This document shows, in pieces, positions 1-8,260 of a DNA stretch of 19,383 nt. How positions within the stretch are numbered: position 1 is the stretch's first letter; each line of letters begins with the position of its first letter. The notes beneath the pieces are model-generated. The model saw only the letters and a program-made list of their open reading frames with translations. It was not told the DNA's origin and searched no databases. Source of the DNA: Promethearchaeota archaeon (GTDB lineage Archaea > Asgardarchaeota > Lokiarchaeia > Sigyniarchaeales > SOKP01); NCBI GenBank assembly GCA_016930515.1, contig JAFGGO010000130.1:1-19383 (forward strand). The letters are read 5' to 3'. The position numbers and the translations under genes were made by a program.

Positions 1-105
1 ATATAGGTCACAATAAATTCATAAATTATTCGAAATTAGTTTAAACAGTTAGAAAAAGAAGAGTAACTGTATATAAATAGAGAATATTTGTATGATTTTT
101 CTCTT

Positions 106-129
106 AATATTCAAAAATATTTGAATATT
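106..129. repeat. Perfect 10-bp inverted repeat (AATATTCAAA-aata-TTTGAATATT)
   Basis: Read directly; lies 16 nt past the UPF0147 stop. Possible hairpin or protein-binding site, but very AT-rich, so it may be chance. Confidence 0.35.
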
Positions 130-145
130 TTTATTTGAAGGAAAA

Positions 146-424
146 TTAATCCTTTATATTTTCAAGGAGGGAAAGTATTCTGTAGAGCATGGTTCGAGAA
201 TGAAACGGACAATTGGGATCTTGAGATAGATCGTCAATATTATACATCACATTACTCGCTATAACACCAGGAGTTTCTCCCGTGTTTCCTTGTAATTCGT
301 TTATTGCTCTTTGAGCCACTCGCTTGATATTTCTTGGAACGGAGCGATCCATTATCATGGTATCGAGCAAATCAATGACATTTTGAAAAGTAGTTTTAAC
401 TTCTTCGTCGCTAACTTTTGGCAT
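146..424 (-). CDS. UPF0147 family archaeal small helical protein
   Basis: 92 aa with the motifs D-x-SVPRNIKR and DPN-x-P-x-HSRT-x-LY-x-ILS-x-LE that I recognise as UPF0147; SD-like GAGGTGA upstream on the minus strand. Confidence 0.85.
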   Translation of the reverse strand: MPKVSDEEVKTTFQNVIDLLDTMIMDRSVPRNIKRVAQRAINELQGNTGETPGVIASNVMYNIDDLSQDPNCPFHSRTMLYRILSLLENIKD

Positions 425-432
425 CTACAAGT

Positions 433-439
433 TCACCTC
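433..439 (-). promoter_or_regulatory. Shine-Dalgarno-like site of the UPF0147 gene
   Basis: Minus strand reads GAGGTGA, 8 nt upstream of the ATG at 424; matches the archaeal SD consensus GGAGGTGA. Confidence 0.6.
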
Positions 440-703
440 GAGTAAAGTTTAGACAATATTAAAATTAAGTATCTAATTTGAATGAGAAAATATTACTTAA
501 AATTTATTTTTTTTCTTTTTAATTCTAACAGAAATGTTAAAAAATAACCATGAATTTTCAAAAAATCAGCACGAACTTATTCAAAAAGAACTCATCTCGA
601 AAATTGTATTTCGAAATTTTTATTTTAAATTTTGAATTTACAAAAATAAACCTAAAAACGAACCTAAACGAATTATAAGAAAAAAATGATAAGGTAAGAA
701 AAA

Positions 704-3370
704 ATGACATCAACAGATAAGAAATATATCTATACGTTCAAAGAAGGAAATAAAGACATGAAACAGATCTTGGGAGGAAAAGGCGCCAATCTAGCAGAAA
801 TGACCTCTTTTGGATTGAATATTCCACAAGGTTTTACCATTTCTTGTCAAGCTTGTTTAGATTATTTCAACGATCCAGAAGGATTCATGGCGATGATCCG
901 CCCTGGTGTAATGGAACATTTAAAGGGATTGGAACAAGAAACAGGGAAAAAATTCGGAGCCGATAAAAATGCTTTACTAGTTAGCGTTCGAAGTGGCGCG
1001 CCCATGTCAATGCCAGGGATGATGGACACGGTGTTAAATTTAGGATTAAACGACATCGCCGTTGCAGGATTGGCAGAGGAAACTGGAAATCCCCGATTTG
1101 CATATGACGCTTATCGAAGATTTATTCAAATGTTCGGAGACGTTGTAATGGGAATCGAACTAGATCACTTTGAGGAGATACTTAACGCGCATAAAAAAGC
1201 CAAAGGACCAAACGCTCAAGACACAGATTTAGACCTTGAAGACTTGAAAAAGATCATAGAAGACTATAAAGCTTTATACAAGAAACACATTGGTAAAGAT
1301 TTCCCTCAAAATCCTATTGAGCAATTGTTTTTAGCGATAAAAGCAGTATTTAAATCATGGAACAATAAGCGGGCAATCGCTTATAGAAAGATAAATAAAA
1401 TTCCAAATTTTGGAACCGCTGTTAATGTACAGGCCATGGTTTTTGGTAATAAAGGATGGGATTCGGGAACAGGCGTAGCTTTTACGAGAGATCCATCAAC
1501 TGGAGAAAAAATCAAATTTGGAGAATATCTTCCTAACGCCCAAGGGGAAGACGTGGTAGCAGGAATTCGTACTCCAAAAAAACTGGAAGAAATGAAAGAT
1601 GAATTTCCCGGAATTTACGAAGAGCTCTTAGAAACCATGGATAGATTAGAGAATCACTATAAAGACATGCAAGACATCGAATTTACCATCGAAAACGGCA
1701 AATTATTCCTATTACAAACTCGAAACGGAAAGAGAACGCCACAAGCAGCTATTAAAATCGCTGTTGATAAAGTTAAGGAAGGTCTTGTTACGAAAGAACA
1801 AGCCCTAATGGAAATTGATCCTAATATCGTGTCTAATTTGTTATTCAAGCACATCGATGAAAAGAAAGCAGACATGTCCAAAATGTTAGCTCAAGGAATA
1901 AATGCATCCCCTGGCGCGGTTACTGGGAAAGTAGTATTCGAGGCTGATGATGCCGTTGAATTAACAGAAAAGGAAAGGATGGACGTGATATTAGTGCGCC
2001 CACAGACAAAGCCAGACGATGTTCACGGATTATTTGCCGCAAAGGGCGTTCTAACACAGTTCGGTGGAAAGACATCCCACGCTGCTGTCGTTGCGAGAGG
2101 GATGGGCAAACCTGCCGTAGTAGGTGCTCAAATGGTGAACATCAATCTCGAGAAAAAGCAAATGGAAGTAGACGGGACTGTCATTAACGAGGGAGACATT
2201 ATCACCATCGACGGTGCTACGGGGAAGGTATTTAACGGTCAAATGCCATTAGTGGATCCCGAATTAAAAGGGGAATTCATCGAATTACTCCAGATGGCTG
2301 ATGAAATCAGGGCAATTGGTGTAAGAGCTAACGCTGACACTCCAGAAGACGCAACCAAGGCAATAGAATTTGGAGCTCAAGGCATCGGATTATGCAGGAC
2401 AGAACATATGTTTATGGCACAAGAAAGATTACCCGTAGTCCAACAAATGATCATGGCAGATTCGGACGAAGAGAGACAAAAAGCCCTAGACAAGATCTTG
2501 CCCATGCAAAAAAGTGATTTTTACGAGATTTTTAAAATAATGAAAGACAAACCCGTTACCATCCGTTTGCTCGATCCACCCTTACACGAATTTTTACCAG
2601 AACTCGAAACGGTACTGTTAGAACACCAAGAACTCAAGCTCACGGGCGGTTCATCAGAAGAAATTGCCAAGAAAGAAAGCGTCATAGCAAAGATAAGATC
2701 TTTATCCGAAGAAAATCCAATGATGGGACTTAGAGGCTGCCGATTAGGAATAACTTGGCCACAAATTAATGTGATGCAGGTTAAGGCTATCTTTCAAGCA
2801 GCTTGCGAGTTGAAAAAGGAAGGCATTAATGCAATCGTAGAAGTCATGATTCCACTGATCGGAAGCATTAATGAATTAACCCATGTCAAGAAAGATTTAG
2901 TCAAGGTTGCGGCAGAAACGATCAAAAGTTACGGAGTGGACTTGGATTACAAATTTGGTACAATGATCGAGATTCCCAGAGCAGCTTTAACTGCGGGATT
3001 GATTGCAAGCGAAGCCGAGTTCTTTTCTTTTGGCACCAACGACTTAACTCAGATGACATTCGGATTCTCGCGGGACGATGCTGAAGGCAAATTTATTCCG
3101 ATCTATCTCGAGCAGGGCATTATGAAAGATAATCCCTTCGAAGTTTTAGATCAAGAGGGTGTTGGTAAGCTCATGAAGATGGCAATAAACGATGGACGCC
3201 AAACTCGCCCAGATCTGAAGTGCGGAATATGCGGCGAACACGGAGGAGAACCTAGCTCGGTCATCTTCGGGCACGATATTGGCCTAAATTATGTTTCTTG
3301 TTCTCCTTTTAGAATTCCCATAGCAAGAATTGCGGCAGCTCAAGCAAATATTTTAAATAAGAAGAATTAA
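704..3370 (+). CDS. ppdK: Pyruvate, phosphate dikinase
   Basis: 888 aa; LGGKGANLAEM, LLVSVRSGA..SMPGMMDTVLNLGLN, phospho-His motif GGKTSHAAVVARGMG, GIGLCRTEHMF, FFSFGTNDLTQ, CGEHGG, YVSCSPFRIP. Confidence 0.98.
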   Translation: MTSTDKKYIYTFKEGNKDMKQILGGKGANLAEMTSFGLNIPQGFTISCQACLDYFNDPEGFMAMIRPGVMEHLKGLEQETGKKFGADKNALLVSVRSGAPMSMPGMMDTVLNLGLNDIAVAGLAEETGNPRFAYDAYRRFIQMFGDVVMGIELDHFEEILNAHKKAKGPNAQDTDLDLEDLKKIIEDYKALYKKHIGKDFPQNPIEQLFLAIKAVFKSWNNKRAIAYRKINKIPNFGTAVNVQAMVFGNKGWDSGTGVAFTRDPSTGEKIKFGEYLPNAQGEDVVAGIRTPKKLEEMKDEFPGIYEELLETMDRLENHYKDMQDIEFTIENGKLFLLQTRNGKRTPQAAIKIAVDKVKEGLVTKEQALMEIDPNIVSNLLFKHIDEKKADMSKMLAQGINASPGAVTGKVVFEADDAVELTEKERMDVILVRPQTKPDDVHGLFAAKGVLTQFGGKTSHAAVVARGMGKPAVVGAQMVNINLEKKQMEVDGTVINEGDIITIDGATGKVFNGQMPLVDPELKGEFIELLQMADEIRAIGVRANADTPEDATKAIEFGAQGIGLCRTEHMFMAQERLPVVQQMIMADSDEERQKALDKILPMQKSDFYEIFKIMKDKPVTIRLLDPPLHEFLPELETVLLEHQELKLTGGSSEEIAKKESVIAKIRSLSEENPMMGLRGCRLGITWPQINVMQVKAIFQAACELKKEGINAIVEVMIPLIGSINELTHVKKDLVKVAAETIKSYGVDLDYKFGTMIEIPRAALTAGLIASEAEFFSFGTNDLTQMTFGFSRDDAEGKFIPIYLEQGIMKDNPFEVLDQEGVGKLMKMAINDGRQTRPDLKCGICGEHGGEPSSVIFGHDIGLNYVSCSPFRIPIARIAAAQANILNKKN

Positions 3371-3374
3371 TCTT

Positions 3375-3400
3375 CACTCTTTTTTTCTTTTAAATTTTTA
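3375..3400 (+). terminator. Oligo-T terminator-like tract after ppdK
   Basis: ctctttttttctttaaattttt-like T tract immediately after the stop, in the gap between convergent genes; archaeal intrinsic terminators are T tracts. Confidence 0.45.
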
Positions 3401-3410
3401 AATCGGACTT

Positions 3411-4205
3411 TTATGGTTTTTTAGCTTGAATATACAAACGAGTATGTTTCATAGTTAGATTATTCTCGCCATTTGATTCAAGAAAAAAAACAATAGAATC
3501 GTTGATAAATTCATCGTGAAGATTTTGAGGAAGAACATTTAAATAAGGGACTAGGGCTGCAGCTCTAATATAATTACATAGATCCTCTTTATTGTCGAAT
3601 TCTATTATCATTTGTATTGGTTCGATTTGAATGGCGCAAAATCCACATTTCTCTAATATCTCTTCTGTTTCAAAAGACGTAAGAAATCTCCAGGGAAAAT
3701 CCATTGATTGAAAATAAGTATGATATTTTTTATCGTTTTCTAAAGTTTGTATCGTTTTGAATAAGGCATTGATCTCTTTTAAACCAGTTTGGACCATTAA
3801 TCGCCCTCCAGTTTTCAGAGCGTTGTAGAGTAAAGTGTACATTCTTTCTAAATTAATTATCCAATGTAAGGCAGAGTTTGAGAATACAGCATGAAATTGA
3901 TTTCTAAAATTGATGTCTAGAGCGTTATCGTGTATTATATTAACATTCAGGATATTATTCTTTTGAAGATTTTTTTTTGCTTGTTCAATCATGTGCTCCG
4001 ATAGTTCAATCCCCGTTATATTTCCGTGAGGAATTAATTTAGCAATTTCGATTGTCGTCATTGCGTTTCCACATCCTATATCTAGAATCTTTTCTCCGTC
4101 CTTGGGTTTGAGCATTTCTATTGCTTTCAAGCCTAAATTAAATTGAAATTGAGAACTTTTATCGTATAATTTAGCGTCCCATTTATGAGAGTTTTTGTAT
4201 TTCAT
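3411..4205 (-). CDS. Class I SAM-dependent methyltransferase (trans-aconitate methyltransferase-like)
   Basis: W-D-A-x-x-Y N-terminus, motif I ILDIGCGNA, GIELSEHMIEQA, FHAVFSNSALHWI, LKTGG. Confidence 0.88.
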   Translation of the reverse strand: MKYKNSHKWDAKLYDKSSQFQFNLGLKAIEMLKPKDGEKILDIGCGNAMTTIEIAKLIPHGNITGIELSEHMIEQAKKNLQKNNILNVNIIHDNALDINFRNQFHAVFSNSALHWIINLERMYTLLYNALKTGGRLMVQTGLKEINALFKTIQTLENDKKYHTYFQSMDFPWRFLTSFETEEILEKCGFCAIQIEPIQMIIEFDNKEDLCNYIRAAALVPYLNVLPQNLHDEFINDSIVFFLESNGENNLTMKHTRLYIQAKKP

Positions 4206-4210
4206 TTAAT

Positions 4211-4738
4211 CTACCCTTCTTGCTCTAGCACATCGTAAAATATCTTATAATCTTCATCAGAAAACAAACAAAAAACAACAATTTCAATTCCCGTGTTTTC
4301 TTTCAAGTAATTTATCACGGTATTAATCATTATTTGAGCACATCTATTGATTGGATATCCAAAAATACCAGTTGATATAGCTGGAAAAGCAATTGATTTT
4401 AAAGAATGTTGATCGGCTATAATGAGACTATTTTTCGTTGCCATTTTAAGCTTATAGTCTTCGTTTCCTTCGCCCATTCGAGGCCCTACAGCGTGAATAA
4501 CATGTCTTGTTTTTAATTTTCCTGCTGAAGTAATGGCCGCTTCGCCAACCTTTATTGGTGAAACATTATTGCATTGTTCTTGTATTGAGGGGCCTCCTTT
4601 CGTTCTAATCGCACCTGCGACACCCCCTCCTAATATAAGATTTGAATTAGCAGCGTTAACAATTGCGTCAGTGTTTTGATTCGTGATATCGTCCTTTACG
4701 ATTCTTATCGTGGAATTATTAATCCTATATTCTTTCAT
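4211..4738 (-). CDS. Macrodomain protein (MacroD/YmdB type; O-acetyl-ADP-ribose deacetylase / mono-ADP-ribosylhydrolase)
   Basis: DDIT..DAIVNAAN..L.GGGVAGAI, VIHAVGP, SIAFPAISTGIFGYP. Start placed at ATG 4738 (MKEYRINN, 175 aa), not 4834, because the domain begins there. A 5-nt gap to the methyltransferase suggests an operon. Confidence 0.92.
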   Translation of the reverse strand: MKEYRINNSTIRIVKDDITNQNTDAIVNAANSNLILGGGVAGAIRTKGGPSIQEQCNNVSPIKVGEAAITSAGKLKTRHVIHAVGPRMGEGNEDYKLKMATKNSLIIADQHSLKSIAFPAISTGIFGYPINRCAQIMINTVINYLKENTGIEIVVFCLFSDEDYKIFYDVLEQEG

Positions 4739-4992
4739 AACAAGATCTATTTGTTTAACTTGCTTTAAGTTTATTGCGTTATTATGAAATTTGAAATGGA
4801 TCATGTAAAACGATGAAAAATTCAAAATAACCAAATTTTTAAATTTTAGAAGTTATATTGAATCAATTAAGTTTGAAAAATGTTTTTCTAAAAATAATTG
4901 TAAAATCGAGTTTATTTACAATAGATTAAATTATTTCATAAATTACCTTAACATATAGTGCACCCACTAAAAGACCAAAGAACTGAAGAAAA

Positions 4993-5919
4993 TTGATTTC
5001 GAGAGTATTAGTTATAGCGCAAGGTGGTTTATTGGCATATTCCAAGAATTTTATCAACATAGCGGAAAGTCGGGATAGTGGTGCTACAGAAGGAGATTTA
5101 ATTAGCGGTTTTATCTCCGCCATAAGTACATTTGCCAAGGAAATAAAAGGTGGAAACATCCATTCACTTAATTTTAAAAACTTTAATATTGTCATGGAAT
5201 ACGACACGGAAACTGATACTATATTCTTTATAATTTGCGATATAAACGATATTGAGGAGGAAGTACGAGAACGCTCGATACTGTTGAAGGAGGAATTCAT
5301 AAAAAGACATAAAGAAAGACTCATGAATTGGACAGGGGAGCTTGTTCTTTTTCAAGACATGGAAGCGTTCGTGGAAGAAAATATCTTTATTCCTCCAAAA
5401 ATACTTATTGTTGGAGAAGTAGGTGTTGGAAAAACTACTATAATGGATTTATTCCCCGGAGAAACTATTATAGAGATTGACGAGGATTTAAACGAAATTA
5501 TTCAAAAGACAATTTATGTACAAGGTCTTAACCTCAGGCAATTCATTATTAGGGAGATGAACATTGAAGAGTTAGTTGACAATTCCAAGCTTTACAAGCC
5601 TCTTTTAAACAACGCCGATATTATTATCATCGTTACTAATTCTGGAGCAAGTAATTTAGCAAGAACTGCAAAATTATATCCTATCTTGAAAAAACTAGTT
5701 AAAAAAGCGGATTTTTATGTGATTGCCAATTTTCAAGACAATAAGGAACTGGCGTTTGAGCCAATCAAGATTGAAGAATTATTCGATGGGCTCAAGACAT
5801 ATGGATTTGCTGGAACGGAAAAAAAAGCTCAAGAAAAGATGTTCAATATAATGGTTGATGTGTTAAATAAATCCATTGTTGAAAAAATACAACACGATAA
5901 TCAAGAGATAACATCGTGA
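4993..5919 (+). CDS. Longin-like domain fused to a degenerate small GTPase (Ras-superfamily fold)
   Basis: TTG start. N-terminal ~125 aa fits a longin pattern (RVLVIAQGGLLAYSKNF...DLISGFISAISTFAKEI.GGNIHSL...IFFIICD). C-terminal half has the P-loop ILIVGEVGVGKTT, ADIIIIV strand and a G4-like ANFQD, but no DxxG G3 motif. Confidence 0.75.
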   Translation: MISRVLVIAQGGLLAYSKNFINIAESRDSGATEGDLISGFISAISTFAKEIKGGNIHSLNFKNFNIVMEYDTETDTIFFIICDINDIEEEVRERSILLKEEFIKRHKERLMNWTGELVLFQDMEAFVEENIFIPPKILIVGEVGVGKTTIMDLFPGETIIEIDEDLNEIIQKTIYVQGLNLRQFIIREMNIEELVDNSKLYKPLLNNADIIIIVTNSGASNLARTAKLYPILKKLVKKADFYVIANFQDNKELAFEPIKIEELFDGLKTYGFAGTEKKAQEKMFNIMVDVLNKSIVEKIQHDNQEITS

Positions 5920-5958
5920 GAAAAATAAAGCTAAACGAATCATTAAAAATGAAAAAAA

Positions 5959-6447
5959 ATGAAAATTGAAGAAGATTTTGTATTTCCCGTATATATATCA
6001 GATAAAATATTACAAGAGATAAAAAAAATATGTTCGAGCTACAAGGTCGAAGTATTTGGATATCTAATTGGAGAGATTTTTTCTTGGAAGAATAAAAAAT
6101 ATTTGCTTATTGAGCACCAATTTTATTCAAAAAAAACCTTCAAAAGCAATGCTTCTTTAGTAGCTCAAATTGAAGGAGCCTCAGGCGAGTTTAATCAGGC
6201 ATTAGAAAAATTAAAAAAAAAATCAAATAAAGACTCCTTAAGAAAGGTAGGGTGGTGGCACAGCCATCCAAACTTTGGCGTGTTTTTAAGCCCAACGGAT
6301 GTAAAAACTCATCGATATTTCTTTCCAGAACCTATTTTCGTGGCTTTAGTTGTAGATCCTATTCGAGACGAACACGAGTTTTTTAGCATTGACGACAAAT
6401 CAAAGAAAGGATATAAAGTCATAAGCAGCGCAATTTTAAATGAATAA
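5959..6447 (+). CDS. JAMM/MPN+ (JAB1/Mov34, Rpn11-like) zinc metallo-isopeptidase
   Basis: E31 in EVFGYLIG and an intact H101-S-H103-x7-S111-x2-D114 motif (GWWHSHPNFGVFLSPTD), followed by ALVVDP. Confidence 0.93.
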   Translation: MKIEEDFVFPVYISDKILQEIKKICSSYKVEVFGYLIGEIFSWKNKKYLLIEHQFYSKKTFKSNASLVAQIEGASGEFNQALEKLKKKSNKDSLRKVGWWHSHPNFGVFLSPTDVKTHRYFFPEPIFVALVVDPIRDEHEFFSIDDKSKKGYKVISSAILNE

Positions 6448-6475
6448 TTTCTCCTAAAAATTCTTTTTAATAAAC

Positions 6476-7345
6476 ATGACAGCTAATAACGATTATAAAA
6501 TCATAGGTCAAGAATCCATCGACGACGATATTTACGATCGACAAAAACGAATTAAAGGATGGGATCAAAAAAGGATTTCTAACGCTACAATCATGGTAAT
6601 TGGCGCAGGAGCGACAGGAAATGAAGTTGTAAAAAATTTAGTGTTATTTGGTATAGGAAAAATAATTCTTGTAGATTACGATACAATTAATGTATCGAAC
6701 TTGAATCGATGCGTTTTATTTAACATTAAGAGCGCTCAAAAAAACGAGTACAAGGCCGATGTAGTTAAAGAAGCTTGCAAAGACTTGAATCCTGATGTTG
6801 AGATTGCATCCTTAAAAGAAAATCTAAGCGATATAGACAAAAATCTCTATAAATGTGATGTTGTATGTTCCTGCGTTGATAACGTGGAAGCCCGGATTGA
6901 AGCCAATAATTACGCTTATTATTACGGAACACCATTTGTTGATAGTGGAATCGATGAATTTTTTGGGAGTGTTCAAGCAGTATATTCAAGAGTTCCAGAC
7001 GCAGCATGCTTGCAATGTGGAATCTCGGGAAAGGATTTGGATATAATGTGGAAAAGATTTTCCTGTACTGGTCAAGAAATTGAATCGGAAAACGGAGAAA
7101 CTGTGGGAAAAATAGCTACAATTATCACCACTACCTCAATAATTGGTGGAATACAAGCTCAACAAGTCCTCCAATTCGTTTTAGGTGTCGATTACTATAA
7201 AAAGCATGGACACTGGAATCTTGATATCGGTGAACCGCTCGTCGGAAAGCAACTTAACTATAACGGTCATACGAACAAGTTTGACATTATAGAAAAGGTG
7301 AAAAATCCCAGTTGTTGGACATGTTCTTATGAAAAAAAAGATTAA
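6476..7345 (+). CDS. Ubiquitin-activating enzyme E1-like (ThiF/MoeB/UBA family)
   Basis: YDRQ, GAGATGNEVVKNL, VDYDTINVSNLNR, YKAD, CVDNVEAR; Zn pairs C178-L-Q-C181 and CWTC; candidate catalytic C197 (RFSCTG) between them. Confidence 0.93.
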   Translation: MTANNDYKIIGQESIDDDIYDRQKRIKGWDQKRISNATIMVIGAGATGNEVVKNLVLFGIGKIILVDYDTINVSNLNRCVLFNIKSAQKNEYKADVVKEACKDLNPDVEIASLKENLSDIDKNLYKCDVVCSCVDNVEARIEANNYAYYYGTPFVDSGIDEFFGSVQAVYSRVPDAACLQCGISGKDLDIMWKRFSCTGQEIESENGETVGKIATIITTTSIIGGIQAQQVLQFVLGVDYYKKHGHWNLDIGEPLVGKQLNYNGHTNKFDIIEKVKNPSCWTCSYEKKD

Positions 7346-7421
7346 ATTACGAATCACAAAAAAATAAAACACATAAAAATCATAATAAATAATAAAAACA
7401 ATAATTGTAGAGGCTAATGTA

Positions 7422-7967
7422 ATGCCAGAACTACCGCACGAAATATGGAAAGAACGAATTGAAAACGAAATAAAGGGATTGAATCGCCTCGAGGTGCTCG
7501 AACCAGGTTCCATCCTCAAAAACGAAGACACGGTCGAAATGGTTCTTAACATTCACGCGTTTGGATTTATCAAAAAGAAGAAAAAATTAGTCCCCCAAAC
7601 TAATCATCGTATATTCATCAAAATAAATCGGGCTTTCCCATATCCAGGAGGTATTGATTTTGCATGGTATTCTAACATCTACCATCCAAACATTCATCCT
7701 GTGGATTTGAGCAATAAACAGCAGGGAACGGGATATATTTGCTTGAATGTGCTAAAAAAATGGTCAAGACTCTCGGATTTAGAAACGACTGTAAAAGCTT
7801 TGAAAATGCTTGTTGAAAACCCAAACCCAGATGATCCCTTAAATTACGACATTTGCTTGGATGCTACTGAATTTTTCAAAAACAATTCAATGGAAGATTT
7901 GATAAAGCAATATAGTTTACCAGAAGAGGACGAAGACGAAGACGAAATTAAAATAATAGATGATTAA
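7422..7967 (+). CDS. Ubiquitin-conjugating enzyme E2 (UBC fold) with an acidic tail
   Basis: ERIENEI first helix, FPYP, IYHPNI (H88-P-N90), GYIC107LNVLKKWS, L..L..NPNPDDPLN; C-terminal EEDEDEDE. Confidence 0.93.
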   Translation: MPELPHEIWKERIENEIKGLNRLEVLEPGSILKNEDTVEMVLNIHAFGFIKKKKKLVPQTNHRIFIKINRAFPYPGGIDFAWYSNIYHPNIHPVDLSNKQQGTGYICLNVLKKWSRLSDLETTVKALKMLVENPNPDDPLNYDICLDATEFFKNNSMEDLIKQYSLPEEDEDEDEIKIIDD

Positions 7968-7982
7968 AAGAGTAGAATAACC

Positions 7983-8156
7983 TTGAAAGATAAGAACAAG
8001 ATAGAACAAGAGGAAGTCCCAAATTCATCAGAAGATTCAGACCAAAATGACGATAGACCAAGGATTATTGGAAGTATTGACCCTATCATTCCAGAAAAAA
8101 GACCCCCTAACGATAAGATCAAGGATCATTTTATTACCGAAGAAGATAAAGCTTAA
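7983..8156 (+). CDS. Small acidic, probably disordered protein (57 aa), not in the ORF track
   Basis: Hand translation from TTG 7983: MKDKNKIEQEEVPNSSEDSDQNDDRPRIIGSIDPIIPEKRPPNDKIKDHFITEEDKA*. Coding-like purine-rich composition; sits between the E2 stop and the T tracts, in the same frame as E2. Confidence 0.55.
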   Translation: MKDKNKIEQEEVPNSSEDSDQNDDRPRIIGSIDPIIPEKRPPNDKIKDHFITEEDKA

Positions 8157-8162
8157 TCTGGA

Positions 8163-8250
8163 TTATTTTTTTAATTCTTCGTTTTTTTATGCATTTCGAT
8201 TTTCTTATTATGTTTTTTTTAATTAATTAATGAAAAATAGAAAAAAGAAA
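8163..8250. terminator. Bidirectional T-tract terminator region between convergent units
   Basis: Several T6-T8 runs on + after 8156, then A-rich runs (T on minus) at 8233-8250 downstream of the Ubl gene. Confidence 0.5.
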
Positions 8251-8260
8251 TTTAAGGCCA

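Noticed and set aside
862-2242. Short antisense ORFs inside ppdK (862-1056, 1657-1881, 2051-2242)
   Set aside because: Shadow frames of a strongly conserved gene, with no motifs.
4739-4834. 32-codon N-terminal extension of the macrodomain ORF
   Set aside because: AT-rich, intergenic-like sequence; the domain starts at ATG 4738.
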